Positions 18,416-29,069 of a stretch of 64,000 nucleotides of DNA are shown here, one piece after another. Numbering within the stretch: the first letter of the stretch is position 1; each line of letters starts with the position of its first letter. A program made the translations under genes and the position numbers. Under the pieces are notes generated by a model. The model did no database searches and had not been told where the DNA came from. It was given only the letters and a program-made list of their open reading frames with translations. Source of the DNA: Candidatus Poribacteria bacterium (GTDB taxonomy: Bacteria; Poribacteria; WGA-4E; WGA-3G); NCBI GenBank assembly GCA_965205015.1, contig OZ242029.1, forward strand, positions 2,080,001 through 2,144,000. The letters run 5' to 3'.

Positions 18416-19648
18416 CTACACCAACGACGCCACCGTAACCTGCTCCAAACACTCACGCTGAGCCTGCTGCAGCGTTCCCAACACACGCGCACCCGACTCA
18501 GACGATATGCCACGCACAAAATGCGTCGTCATCTCACCCTCAACCGCATCCACAAGCGTTGCCAGCGTAATATCCTCTAACGCACACGCCGGGAGGTACC
18601 CATCCGTATCCCCTTCAACCTCATAGATTAACCCTGCCGCCTTGAACCGTTCAAAACTCTGATGCACAACCTCTGCCGAAACCCCCGAACGCACAACCAC
18701 TTCTTCTGCCAGACAGGCACCTTCGCCTTTCGCGAAACGCTCCGCAACAATCAGAAACAACGCAATGACACCGGAAGCGTTCAGATAGCCGTTGGACGCA
18801 TAGGAAAACCGCCGGCTCGTAACGTCCTGCTGACGGAAATGCTGGACAGAATTCGAGACCTCCGCACCGAGCAGAATCACCACCCATGCGACATATATCC
18901 AGATAGCAAAGGTAATCAACATCGCCAGTGCCCCGTAGATATCGCTATAGTTCTGCCATAGCAACTCAAGGTAACGCCCAAAAGCGATCCGGGCGATCTG
19001 GAAAAGCGTCCCGGCGACGAGGGTACCGAGCAGTGCCGCACTCCACTTTACAAACGTATTCGGCATCGCAATGTACATCAGGAAAAAGAGGCAATAGACC
19101 AGCACCCATGGGAACACATGACCGAACACCCAGTTAGTAGCCGTCGAAAAAAAGAGCCAAATCAGCAGCGGGCCCACGGAGAGTAGTGTATAGAAAACGG
19201 CGTATTTCTGGAACGCTTGCACCACCGGCAACCGTCGCCGCGCCCCCCAAATGTCGTTAAAATGCTGTTCCACCGACATGAATAGCATCGTCGAGACCAG
19301 CAGAAACAGGAGGAACCCGCCGACACTCAGCCCACCCAGATTTCTATTGGCAAATCCTGAAAGTTCTGATACAATTTCCTCAGCACTATAGCGCGGCAGG
19401 AAGTTATCACGGAGCACCGCGATTAACGGCGAATTGCCATCTTCCACAACACCAAACGTTTTCAGCAAAAACAGCGCAACCGCCGACAACGGTACAAGAC
19501 AGAGCAGCGTGTTAAACGCCAATGACGATGCCTGCTGGAGACATTTATGCCCCATGAATTGATGCCAAACGTTCACGCCGAGACGCAAAACAGACACCCG
19601 CGCATCGCGAAAGTATCCCTCATATTTTTCGGAAAGGTTGTGTATCAT
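18416..19648 (-). CDS. YihY/BrkB family inner-membrane protein with C-terminal winged-helix
   Basis: ASSLAFNTLL, FNDIW, IYGALA, WIY...ILLGAE; C-terminal GYLPA...ITL. Confidence 0.85.
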   Translation of the reverse strand: MIHNLSEKYEGYFRDARVSVLRLGVNVWHQFMGHKCLQQASSLAFNTLLCLVPLSAVALFLLKTFGVVEDGNSPLIAVLRDNFLPRYSAEEIVSELSGFANRNLGGLSVGGFLLFLLVSTMLFMSVEQHFNDIWGARRRLPVVQAFQKYAVFYTLLSVGPLLIWLFFSTATNWVFGHVFPWVLVYCLFFLMYIAMPNTFVKWSAALLGTLVAGTLFQIARIAFGRYLELLWQNYSDIYGALAMLITFAIWIYVAWVVILLGAEVSNSVQHFRQQDVTSRRFSYASNGYLNASGVIALFLIVAERFAKGEGACLAEEVVVRSGVSAEVVHQSFERFKAAGLIYEVEGDTDGYLPACALEDITLATLVDAVEGEMTTHFVRGISSESGARVLGTLQQAQRECLEQVTVASLV

Positions 19649-19717
19649 CAGTTTTTGCTGGTGAGGTTTCCTAACCTCGCCGAGTTTTTTCGGAAAGGTT
19701 GTGTATCATTATATCTT

Positions 19718-20419
19718 ATGACAGACTCGAAACCAGATTTGATTTCACGCATAAAACGCAGACTTAGACAAACCCCGTTCTTATCTTACCTCATCGGATG
19801 CCCCTATCCTGCCCCACGCTGGCATCGATGTGTCAGAAAACGGCTCCGGCACCTCGGTCCCGACGCGAAAATCTTGGATCTCGGTGCCGGCCATCGCCGC
19901 CGCGCCCCAAACGTCATCAACCTCGACATCGAGATAACGCCTGAAGTCGATATTGTCGCCGATGGACACTTTTTGCCATTCAGCGACCATACCTTTGATG
20001 CCGTGGTCTCTGAAGCCGTCCTTGAACACGTTCGATCGCCGGATCTCGTTGTCACGGAGATCTATCGTGTGCTGAAACCCGGGGGATATATTTGCCTCGC
20101 GCTCCCGTTCCTACAAGGCTACCACGCCTCTCCTCACGATTATCAGCGATGGACAGTCCCCGGCATTGTTCACCTCTGTGCCGCCTTCTCTGAAATTGAG
20201 AGTGGTCCCTGCGCCGGTCCGACGACCGCTTTGCACTGGATCTGCCGAGAATACATCGGATTGGTGTGTTCGTTCGGGAGCCTACTCCTCGCGAAAACAA
20301 TCTCTCTTATTGTCGGGTGGTTGACGTTTCCACTCCTACTTTTAGATCTACCACTCTCCCTCCATAAAGATGCCCACATTTTGGCATCAGCCGTCTATTT
20401 TGTCGGGAGAAAGCCGTGA
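19718..20419 (+). CDS. Class I SAM-dependent methyltransferase
   Basis: ILDLGAG, LPF.D..FDAV, VLEHV, RVLKPGG. Confidence 0.85.
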   Translation: MTDSKPDLISRIKRRLRQTPFLSYLIGCPYPAPRWHRCVRKRLRHLGPDAKILDLGAGHRRRAPNVINLDIEITPEVDIVADGHFLPFSDHTFDAVVSEAVLEHVRSPDLVVTEIYRVLKPGGYICLALPFLQGYHASPHDYQRWTVPGIVHLCAAFSEIESGPCAGPTTALHWICREYIGLVCSFGSLLLAKTISLIVGWLTFPLLLLDLPLSLHKDAHILASAVYFVGRKP

Positions 20420-20531
20420 GCATGTGTGTTTTTCGTATTATATAGTATCTTCTTATGAAATGTCAAAAAAAAACGGCGAGGTTAAGAAACCTCGCCAGCA
20501 AGAAAATTAGAATATTGATCGGAGTCTTACG

Positions 20532-21050
20532 CTATTGGAACGTAATCTTCTCCGCTTTCGCTTTCTCAAGCAAACTCCGAACAATCTCAAGCGTCAGTTT
20601 GGAGAGTTTTTGCGAAAATTCGGCATCTGTAAGCGTCCGGTACCGTGAAGGTTGCGATCCCGTAATCCGTTCGCTTGCAATCATCAGTGCGTTTGACACG
20701 AGCGGTATAGGCACTTCAAGCAGAGACGTCGTATCTGGAACAGGTTCCGAAATCGGTGCAGGGGCTGTATCTGCTGTTTCACCGGCTAAAAAACTTTCGC
20801 GCCGCGAATTAATTTCGTCTAACACCTGCTGCGCGGCGACTTGGTGTGCAAATCTTTTTGAACCAGGAATCGGATCAGGCGTCTCATGGACCCGATCTCC
20901 ATAAGACACCGTTACCTGCCATTGTGGGGAATCCGCCGGTCCGAGTTGCGTTTCCGTGTAAGTCGGGGGGCGTAGCCCGCGTTCCTGGCAATATTGAATC
21001 AAAAGCCCTTTATAATTTTCCGATGCCTCGCCAGTAGCCAAATCTGCCAT
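20532..21050 (-). CDS. Stand-alone double-stranded RNA-binding domain protein
   Basis: NYKGLLIQYCQ...PTY...GSKRFAHQVAA; GGAGG RBS before ATG 21050. Confidence 0.7.
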   Translation of the reverse strand: MADLATGEASENYKGLLIQYCQERGLRPPTYTETQLGPADSPQWQVTVSYGDRVHETPDPIPGSKRFAHQVAAQQVLDEINSRRESFLAGETADTAPAPISEPVPDTTSLLEVPIPLVSNALMIASERITGSQPSRYRTLTDAEFSQKLSKLTLEIVRSLLEKAKAEKITFQ

Positions 21051-21069
21051 GTATCCCTCCTCAAGCGAT

Positions 21070-21309
21070 TTACCGAGTGTTACCACCGCCACCACTATAA
21101 AACTGTGGACGTTCACCGCCCATTCTACGGGGTTTCACCTTCCGCTGTCGTTTCATCTCAATTCTGCGTCGTTTCTCGCTCGGCTTCTCGTAAAAGCTCC
21201 GCTTTTTTATTTCTGTGACGATACCGGCTTTTCCACACATCTTCTTAAAGCGTGCCAGGGCGCGATCAAACGCCTCACCTGAATCGACACTCACTTCTAC
21301 TTGAACCAT
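21070..21309 (-). CDS. rpsU: 30S ribosomal protein S21
   Basis: ALARFKK...AGI...[10 protein letters not shown]. Confidence 0.92.
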   Translation of the reverse strand: MVQVEVSVDSGEAFDRALARFKKMCGKAGIVTEIKKRSFYEKPSEKRRRIEMKRQRKVKPRRMGGERPQFYSGGGGNTR

Positions 21310-21356
21310 TTTTTTAAGCCTCCATTAGAATTTAAAGTTAAAAAAACACTTCATAA

Positions 21357-21385
21357 ATTATATCACATCCCACACCCAATGTCAA
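21357..21385 (-). promoter_or_regulatory. sigma70 promoter of rpsU
   Basis: TTGACA-17bp-TATAAT on the minus strand. Confidence 0.8.
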
Positions 21386-21515
21386 ATATTTCTTTGGTAT
21401 TTGGTACTGACTCTTATTAAAAATTTCTTGCGATGAACTCAAAACGGGTGTATAATTAAGAAAGAATTGGAACTGGTGAGACAATTCGCGAACCGGATCC
21501 CAATAAACTTTTGCT

Positions 21516-21704
21516 ATGAAGGTTAGGCAACTCATTAAAACACTTCGAGAAGATGGGTGGTACCTTGAACGGACGCGAGGCAGTCATCGACAGTTTAAAC
21601 ACCCAATCAAATCTGGAACCGTGACGGTTTCCGGAAATATGGGTTTAGATGTTCCCAAGGGCAGACTCAATAACGTTCTAAGGCAAGCCGGTCTCAAGGA
21701 GTGA
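21516..21704 (+). CDS. hicA: HicA family toxin
   Basis: DGW...RGSHRQFKHP...VTV. Confidence 0.88.
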   Translation: MKVRQLIKTLREDGWYLERTRGSHRQFKHPIKSGTVTVSGNMGLDVPKGRLNNVLRQAGLKE

Positions 21705-21717
21705 GGTGGAAAAAATT

Positions 21718-21960
21718 ATGGAATACGTCGTGATTTTTGAAAAAGGAGAAAACAGTTACGGTGCTTCTGTTCCCGATCTCCCTGGATGCATCGCTGTCGG
21801 TGAGACAATGGAGGCGGTCAAGGAATTAATTGCCGAAGCCATCCAATTCCATATTGAAGGGCTACGGCAAGACGGGGATGTTGTGCCACAACCCTTATCG
21901 AAATTACCTGTGCAAAGCGACCCTAATGTATCATCAGCGTTAATCACAGCACAGACTTAA
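21718..21960 (+). CDS. hicB: HicB family antitoxin
   Basis: YGASVPDLPGCIAVGET...EAIQFHIEGL. Confidence 0.88.
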   Translation: MEYVVIFEKGENSYGASVPDLPGCIAVGETMEAVKELIAEAIQFHIEGLRQDGDVVPQPLSKLPVQSDPNVSSALITAQT

Positions 21961-21963
21961 TGA

Positions 21964-22728
21964 GGCAGCGCCATCTACGAAATCATCATCCTCTGCTTCG
22001 GGGCATGGCTCACGGGGGTCAGCAAAGCCGGTTTCGGCGGGGGCATTGGGATGATCGTCGTCCCCATGTTCACGCATTTCCGTAGTGCTCGAAACGTCAT
22101 CGGATTAATGCTTCCGCTCCTGTTCTCAACAGACATCTTCTCGCTTTTCCACTACTGGAAGCGGTGGCATCGCCAAAGCGTCACACGACTCATCCTCGGC
22201 TCCCTACTCGGTATCACCGTCGCCAGCCTGATTTTGAAGGACATCTCTGATGTCCATCTAAAAAAGGTCATCGGCGGCATCGCCTGTCTATTTGCGATAT
22301 TAGAATTCCTGCGTCCGTATTGGCAACCTTTACTCAGAAATTCCGAGCAACCCGTCCAAACAGCACTCCAATTCAAGACCTGGCAAGGACTACTTGCAGG
22401 GATATTTGCTGGCGCATTCTCAACCCTCGCGCACATGGGCGGACTCGTCGTCGTCATGTACCTACTTCCACAACGTTTGGGCAACAATGCCTTCGTCGCA
22501 ACCACAACCGCCACCTATTTCCTACTCAACTTCATCAAAATTCCATTCTATTTCCAGTTACAACTTTTCTCTTTTGAGATTCTGATTGAAGCATTCGCGC
22601 TGCTTCCGTTCATCGGATTAGGTGTGCTAACAGGTATCTCGCTCAACAATCGCGTACCGGAGCTCCTCTTTTCAAGGATCGTCCTTTTCTTCCTCTTCGC
22701 GACCGGTGTGCATCTTCTGTTGACTTGA
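21964..22728 (+). CDS. Sulfite exporter TauE/SafE family protein (start uncertain)
   Basis: Frame open from 21964 with GVSKAGFGGG; HMGG, LNFIKIP; multi-TM; first ATG only at 22051. Confidence 0.8.
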   Translation, partial: GSAIYEIIILCFGAWLTGVSKAGFGGGIGMIVVPMFTHFRSARNVIGLMLPLLFSTDIFSLFHYWKRWHRQSVTRLILGSLLGITVASLILKDISDVHLKKVIGGIACLFAILEFLRPYWQPLLRNSEQPVQTALQFKTWQGLLAGIFAGAFSTLAHMGGLVVVMYLLPQRLGNNAFVATTTATYFLLNFIKIPFYFQLQLFSFEILIEAFALLPFIGLGVLTGISLNNRVPELLFSRIVLFFLFATGVHLLLT

Positions 22729-22866
22729 AATATATCCGAAAATCCCCTATAATATACACCACAACAAAACAGATGAGGTTTTAACACAATGTTACCGCCT
22801 ACCGCTGGCGAGGTTTCTAACCTCGCCTATCTTCTAAACAACAAAAATAGATGAGGTCTTAACACA

Positions 22867-23853
22867 ATGAGCTTAAAATGGGGGGTATTAGGCGCAGGCA
22901 GCGTCGCACAACGCAGAGCAATGCCAGCGATTAAAAAAGCAGACCAGGCAGAACTCCACGCCTTGCTTTCACGCGACGCGACGCGGGCAGAACGATTGGC
23001 AAGGGAACACGGAGCAGCCCATGCCTACACCACCGTCGAGGCACTCCTCGCAGACGATGCACTTGACGCAATCTACGTTTCAACACCCGTTCACCTACAC
23101 TGTGAGCAGGTAATCGCCGCCGCGGAACGCGGCTTGCATGTGCTGTGCGATAAACCGCTGGCACTCACACCACAAGAATGTACAGAAATGATCGCTGCTT
23201 GTGAAACAAACGGAGTCCATCTGCAAGTCTGCTTCCTTTTCCGCTTTCACTCCTGCTTCCAGCAGATCCGAGCGTGGGTAGACGCTGGACGTTTCGGCAC
23301 CATAGTCCATGGGCGTATGCCATTTCTCAAACAGTACCAACTCACGCCAGGCGAATGGCGAGCGCAACCAGAAAAGGGCGGCGGCGGATGCTTCATGGAC
23401 CTCGGTCCCCATAGTGTAGATCTACTCCGCTACCTCATCGGCGAGGTGAGTGCCGTCAGCGCGTTTTACAACACGACTATCCAAGACACCACTGTCGAAG
23501 AAACCGGGGGCATCCTCATGCGCTTTGATAACGGCGCACAAGCTTTCACTGACCTCAGTTTTTCAGTGCCACAGTGCGATATCGTTTTAGAACTCTACGG
23601 CACAGAGGGCACCGTTTGGGTCTACAACGACGACGGTTGGAAAATCAAAACCTACTTTGACGACGAACAGCAATTAATCCCCTCACAATACGAGGACCTG
23701 TATCAATATCAATTTGAGCATTTCGCAGCATGTGTACACGAAAGTGTCGCACCCATCACAACCGGAAATGATGGGTTAAGAGCAAACGAAATTCTTGCCG
23801 CCGCATATCGCGCAGGAGAGACCGGACAGATGGTGCCGTGTCCCGCAGCATAG
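22867..23853 (+). CDS. Gfo/Idh/MocA family oxidoreductase
   Basis: GVLGAG, HVLCDKP, GGG..MDLGPH. Confidence 0.9.
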   Translation: MSLKWGVLGAGSVAQRRAMPAIKKADQAELHALLSRDATRAERLAREHGAAHAYTTVEALLADDALDAIYVSTPVHLHCEQVIAAAERGLHVLCDKPLALTPQECTEMIAACETNGVHLQVCFLFRFHSCFQQIRAWVDAGRFGTIVHGRMPFLKQYQLTPGEWRAQPEKGGGGCFMDLGPHSVDLLRYLIGEVSAVSAFYNTTIQDTTVEETGGILMRFDNGAQAFTDLSFSVPQCDIVLELYGTEGTVWVYNDDGWKIKTYFDDEQQLIPSQYEDLYQYQFEHFAACVHESVAPITTGNDGLRANEILAAAYRAGETGQMVPCPAA

Positions 23854-23883
23854 AATGGCGAACGGTTTCCGATAGCCATACTA

Positions 23884-24020
23884 TGCCAAAATGGCACAGT
23901 ATCCTCCAAATCCATTTTCGGATACGACAAATTGTCACGGCAGAAACCCTGCCAAAATGTCACGTTCTTCCGTCTAACCCTGACGATATGGCAGTTTTAG
24001 AGATTGGCACGAAAATTGCT
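23884..24020 (+). promoter_or_regulatory. sigma54 promoter with four upstream palindromic boxes
   Basis: TTGGCACGAAAATTGCT at 24004-24020; TGMCA-N3-TGKCA-like boxes at 23884, 23925, 23950, 23981. Confidence 0.75.
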
Positions 24021-24130
24021 ACTGTATTTCGTAGGAGCGAGTTTTACGCTCGACGCTTCTGTATTTGTAGGAGCGAATTTCACTCGCGATTCACAATTTT
24101 CACGCCATACTCAAGGAGGAATGCAGCGAC

Positions 24131-26064
<1,934 letters not shown>

Positions 26065-26080
26065 ACCCTGAGTAACCAAG

Positions 26081-26111
26081 AAAGGCGAGGTTTCCGAACC
26101 TCGCCTTTTTT
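26081..26111 (+). terminator. REP-type hairpin with U-tract, likely groEL terminator
   Basis: AAAGGCGAGG-TTTCCGAA-CCTCGCCTTTTTT. Confidence 0.7.
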
Positions 26112-26135
26112 CTGCGAATAACCGATAACTGACAA

Positions 26136-27263
26136 CTATTTTCCCAAAAACCGTTCGCACTCCCGAAGCACAGTCGCAACCGCAATCGTGTGCATACACG
26201 GCGAGGTCCCATCCGCAAGGGCTTGGCACCCATATTCAAACCCCAAATTGAGACACGGACTACACGGTATCCGCGCACGCACAATACTCGCCTGACGACT
26301 CCAAGGACCCCATTGCGCAAAATTCGTAGGACCATGTACCCCGATAACCGGCGTGCCGACTGCTGCCGCCAGGTGCATCGGACCACAATTACCGCTCACG
26401 ACCAACGTCGCATCCGCGAAAAGAGCGGCGAGTTGATTGACATCTGTCCGTCCGGCGAGTACGACGGCTCGATGTTTCGTCCGCTCGGCGATCTCTTCAG
26501 AGACCGCCACCTCATCGGGCGCGCCTGTCAAAACGATCTGCGCCCCATACTTTGCAACGAGGGCATTCGCCAGTGCTACATAGCGTCCCTGTGGCCATTG
26601 CCTGCGAGGCTCGCCGCGTCTGCCTGCCTCTGGATGTAACACAATCAGCGGTTTCTCCAGCGAGATACCCGCTTCTGCCAAAACTTCGCGCACCCACATC
26701 CGTTCCGTTTCACGCCACCAAACCTCAAGTCCAAGTTCTTCGACTGAACAGTTCAGTTGCGCCGCAAGGCTCAAAAAGTTACGAACCTCATGCCGTCCGT
26801 GGACGTGCGGCACCGTCTCCGTGAACAGGAAATGACGGTACTCTCCCTGCGTCGAAAACCCCAGCCGCATCGGGGCACCCGTCGCGTAAGCCAGCAGCGC
26901 GCTCAATCGGGGCCAATGCTCTAAGTCGATTGCCCAATCAAAACCTTCGCGACGCAGCAGCGAAATCAACCGACCTTCCGGTTTATGGAAAGTGATACGT
27001 CTGTCAATATACGGACACGCCGCTAAATAATTGAGGTTCGTCGGGGACGCCAATATCGTGACTTCGGCATCCGGAAAGGTATATCGAATCGCCCGAAGGG
27101 TGGGGATCGCCAAGATTGTGTCACCCAAAGCAGAGAGTTGAATGAAAAGAATCTTTTTCGGGGTAGGTATTGTCGGTGCCCGCTTAGAAAATAGACGCAG
27201 CAGCAGACAAAGTGGGATACCGAGGTATCGGTCTAAATGCTGTTGAAGCCGAGTTGACTGCAT
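26136..27263 (-). CDS. Glycosyltransferase family 9 (heptosyltransferase-like)
   Basis: LSALGD, GPMHLAAAVGTP..GVHGPT. Confidence 0.88.
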   Translation of the reverse strand: MQSTRLQQHLDRYLGIPLCLLLRLFSKRAPTIPTPKKILFIQLSALGDTILAIPTLRAIRYTFPDAEVTILASPTNLNYLAACPYIDRRITFHKPEGRLISLLRREGFDWAIDLEHWPRLSALLAYATGAPMRLGFSTQGEYRHFLFTETVPHVHGRHEVRNFLSLAAQLNCSVEELGLEVWWRETERMWVREVLAEAGISLEKPLIVLHPEAGRRGEPRRQWPQGRYVALANALVAKYGAQIVLTGAPDEVAVSEEIAERTKHRAVVLAGRTDVNQLAALFADATLVVSGNCGPMHLAAAVGTPVIGVHGPTNFAQWGPWSRQASIVRARIPCSPCLNLGFEYGCQALADGTSPCMHTIAVATVLRECERFLGK

Positions 27264-27385
27264 AATGGATTCTCTATCCAAGCGCGGTAGGTATTGAAGG
27301 GACTGTCGGTGGTTGACAATTGGTAGGCGAGGTTTGAAACCTCACCAGCGGCGGTGAGGTGTTTTGTGTCTTGGAGAGTGCCCAC

Positions 27386-28006
27386 TTATTTTTCGGCTTT
27401 ACTATAATTCGCGTAACCGTACAACTCAATTTCCGCAATCTTCGCGAGTGCCGTTGTCGGTCCTGTTATATAATAGCGGAGAGGTCCACGCCGCACCTGT
27501 CCCTCTTGGATTTCCAAATTTTCGCGTCGTATTTGGACGTTCTCGCGTCTCCGAGCGGCATCCTCCGTCGTCCGATGCACGATCAATTTAATGCCCGTTG
27601 TCGTAACCGCTTTATTAAGACGGACATCGATGATCGGAGCCTTATTACTCCGCTTGTCATAAATTTTATCCCACTCGCCGCGCGAGTTATACGCCATCAA
27701 CTCGAACGCTTCCAAATTTGTCGAGTGAATCACAATCCGATAGACCGACCGCTTCTCCGGTAGATAAATAATCGCCTCCGACGGAATATCAATATCGGTA
27801 TCGGCACTGCCCGACCCTTTTTTACGTTGGGATTGTCCAATCGTCTCAGGTTTGCCATCAATGATTGCTGGGTCGCTGGCGGTTACACCCGGCGAGAGGG
27901 CGTAGTTCTCACTCCACTGCTGAGCGAGATTACAACCGTAGTATAGACACATCACCCCCAATAACACGGCTACGTGCCCGCTGCATGATCTGAATTTAAC
28001 ACGCAT
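27386..28006 (-). CDS. Hypothetical lipoprotein
   Basis: LYYGC lipobox-like sequence; coupled to the upstream gene. Confidence 0.6.
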   Translation of the reverse strand: MRVKFRSCSGHVAVLLGVMCLYYGCNLAQQWSENYALSPGVTASDPAIIDGKPETIGQSQRKKGSGSADTDIDIPSEAIIYLPEKRSVYRIVIHSTNLEAFELMAYNSRGEWDKIYDKRSNKAPIIDVRLNKAVTTTGIKLIVHRTTEDAARRRENVQIRRENLEIQEGQVRRGPLRYYITGPTTALAKIAEIELYGYANYSKAEK

Positions 28007-29058
28007 TATTGCCTCCGACGGACGCTATTTGCCTCAATTTGATTGAGAATGTCCTCTTTCGTCAATCGACGCACCTTGAAATGCAATTTCCGAAAAAAGG
28101 GCACCAAATCCTCACCCGCTGCTTCGTTAAAATAATAAACCAAAAAACTGGTCTTCATCGTCCCCGCCAGTTTTTGATGCAGACCATCTCGTTCCATCAA
28201 CCGAAAAACCCTGATATAAAAATCTGTACCGTATCGCTCCCACAACTCAGCAACAAGCGTGTAGGCATATCTATAGCGCCAATGCGTCAGCGGATTGTTT
28301 TCAGTATGCCCCGCCCAACTCTCCAATTGATTCACACCATCAAGATCGACTCGCAGATTTCCCTCAAGACTATCAAACTTCGGATGTGTCCCACCTTTCG
28401 CATATTCCGTCTGAATCAGGACAGCAATGCCTTCTGAGAACCATACCGGTAAAAAATAGATATTCGTAAAGGCATGGGTCAGTTCATGGACGCGCACGCC
28501 ATGTTTTTCGTACATCCGTATTGGGAAATCCATCTCAATACCTCTGATAACCTTTACATAGCGTCCATCTGCCTGAATACCTGAACGATAGTCCGTGCGC
28601 GTAACTGCTGAGAGGTTACTGCCCCTATAGAGGTGATGCAGTGTCACGTGAATCTTATGCTTCGGTTTAAAACCGAAAAGTTGATTCATTGCGTCGTAAA
28701 GACTTTCCATATAACCGAGCGCGCTTTCCGCGAATTCCCACCGTTCCTTGACCTCGTCAAAGTCTGCAAGAACTCGTAAGTCTTCAGCAAATTTGAGGGT
28801 ATAGTGATCGCTCTCACCGCGCAGGGCGTCCGGATGGATTTTAATCGTCGCCTGCGAGGGGCTGAGCATGAGCGATGTGGCATTTCGTTCTTTGAGGATC
28901 CGTTCCTCGCGCCGTTGCTGTGCTTCCTTTAACGCAGTGCAACCGCTGAAAATAAACATCAACACAAGTGGCACAAACACGACTCGCGTTCGCATTGAGT
29001 TATAGAAGGAGCGACTGAAAACCGCACCAATGAGGTACAATCCGCCTCTATATTTCAC
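28006..29058 (-). CDS. Putative zinc metallopeptidase (gluzincin-like) lipoprotein
   Basis: HELTH followed by PVWFSEGIA; IFSGC. Confidence 0.65.
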   Translation of the reverse strand: MKYRGGLYLIGAVFSRSFYNSMRTRVVFVPLVLMFIFSGCTALKEAQQRREERILKERNATSLMLSPSQATIKIHPDALRGESDHYTLKFAEDLRVLADFDEVKERWEFAESALGYMESLYDAMNQLFGFKPKHKIHVTLHHLYRGSNLSAVTRTDYRSGIQADGRYVKVIRGIEMDFPIRMYEKHGVRVHELTHAFTNIYFLPVWFSEGIAVLIQTEYAKGGTHPKFDSLEGNLRVDLDGVNQLESWAGHTENNPLTHWRYRYAYTLVAELWERYGTDFYIRVFRLMERDGLHQKLAGTMKTSFLVYYFNEAAGEDLVPFFRKLHFKVRRLTKEDILNQIEANSVRRRQ

Positions 29059-29069
29059 GATATTCCCCT

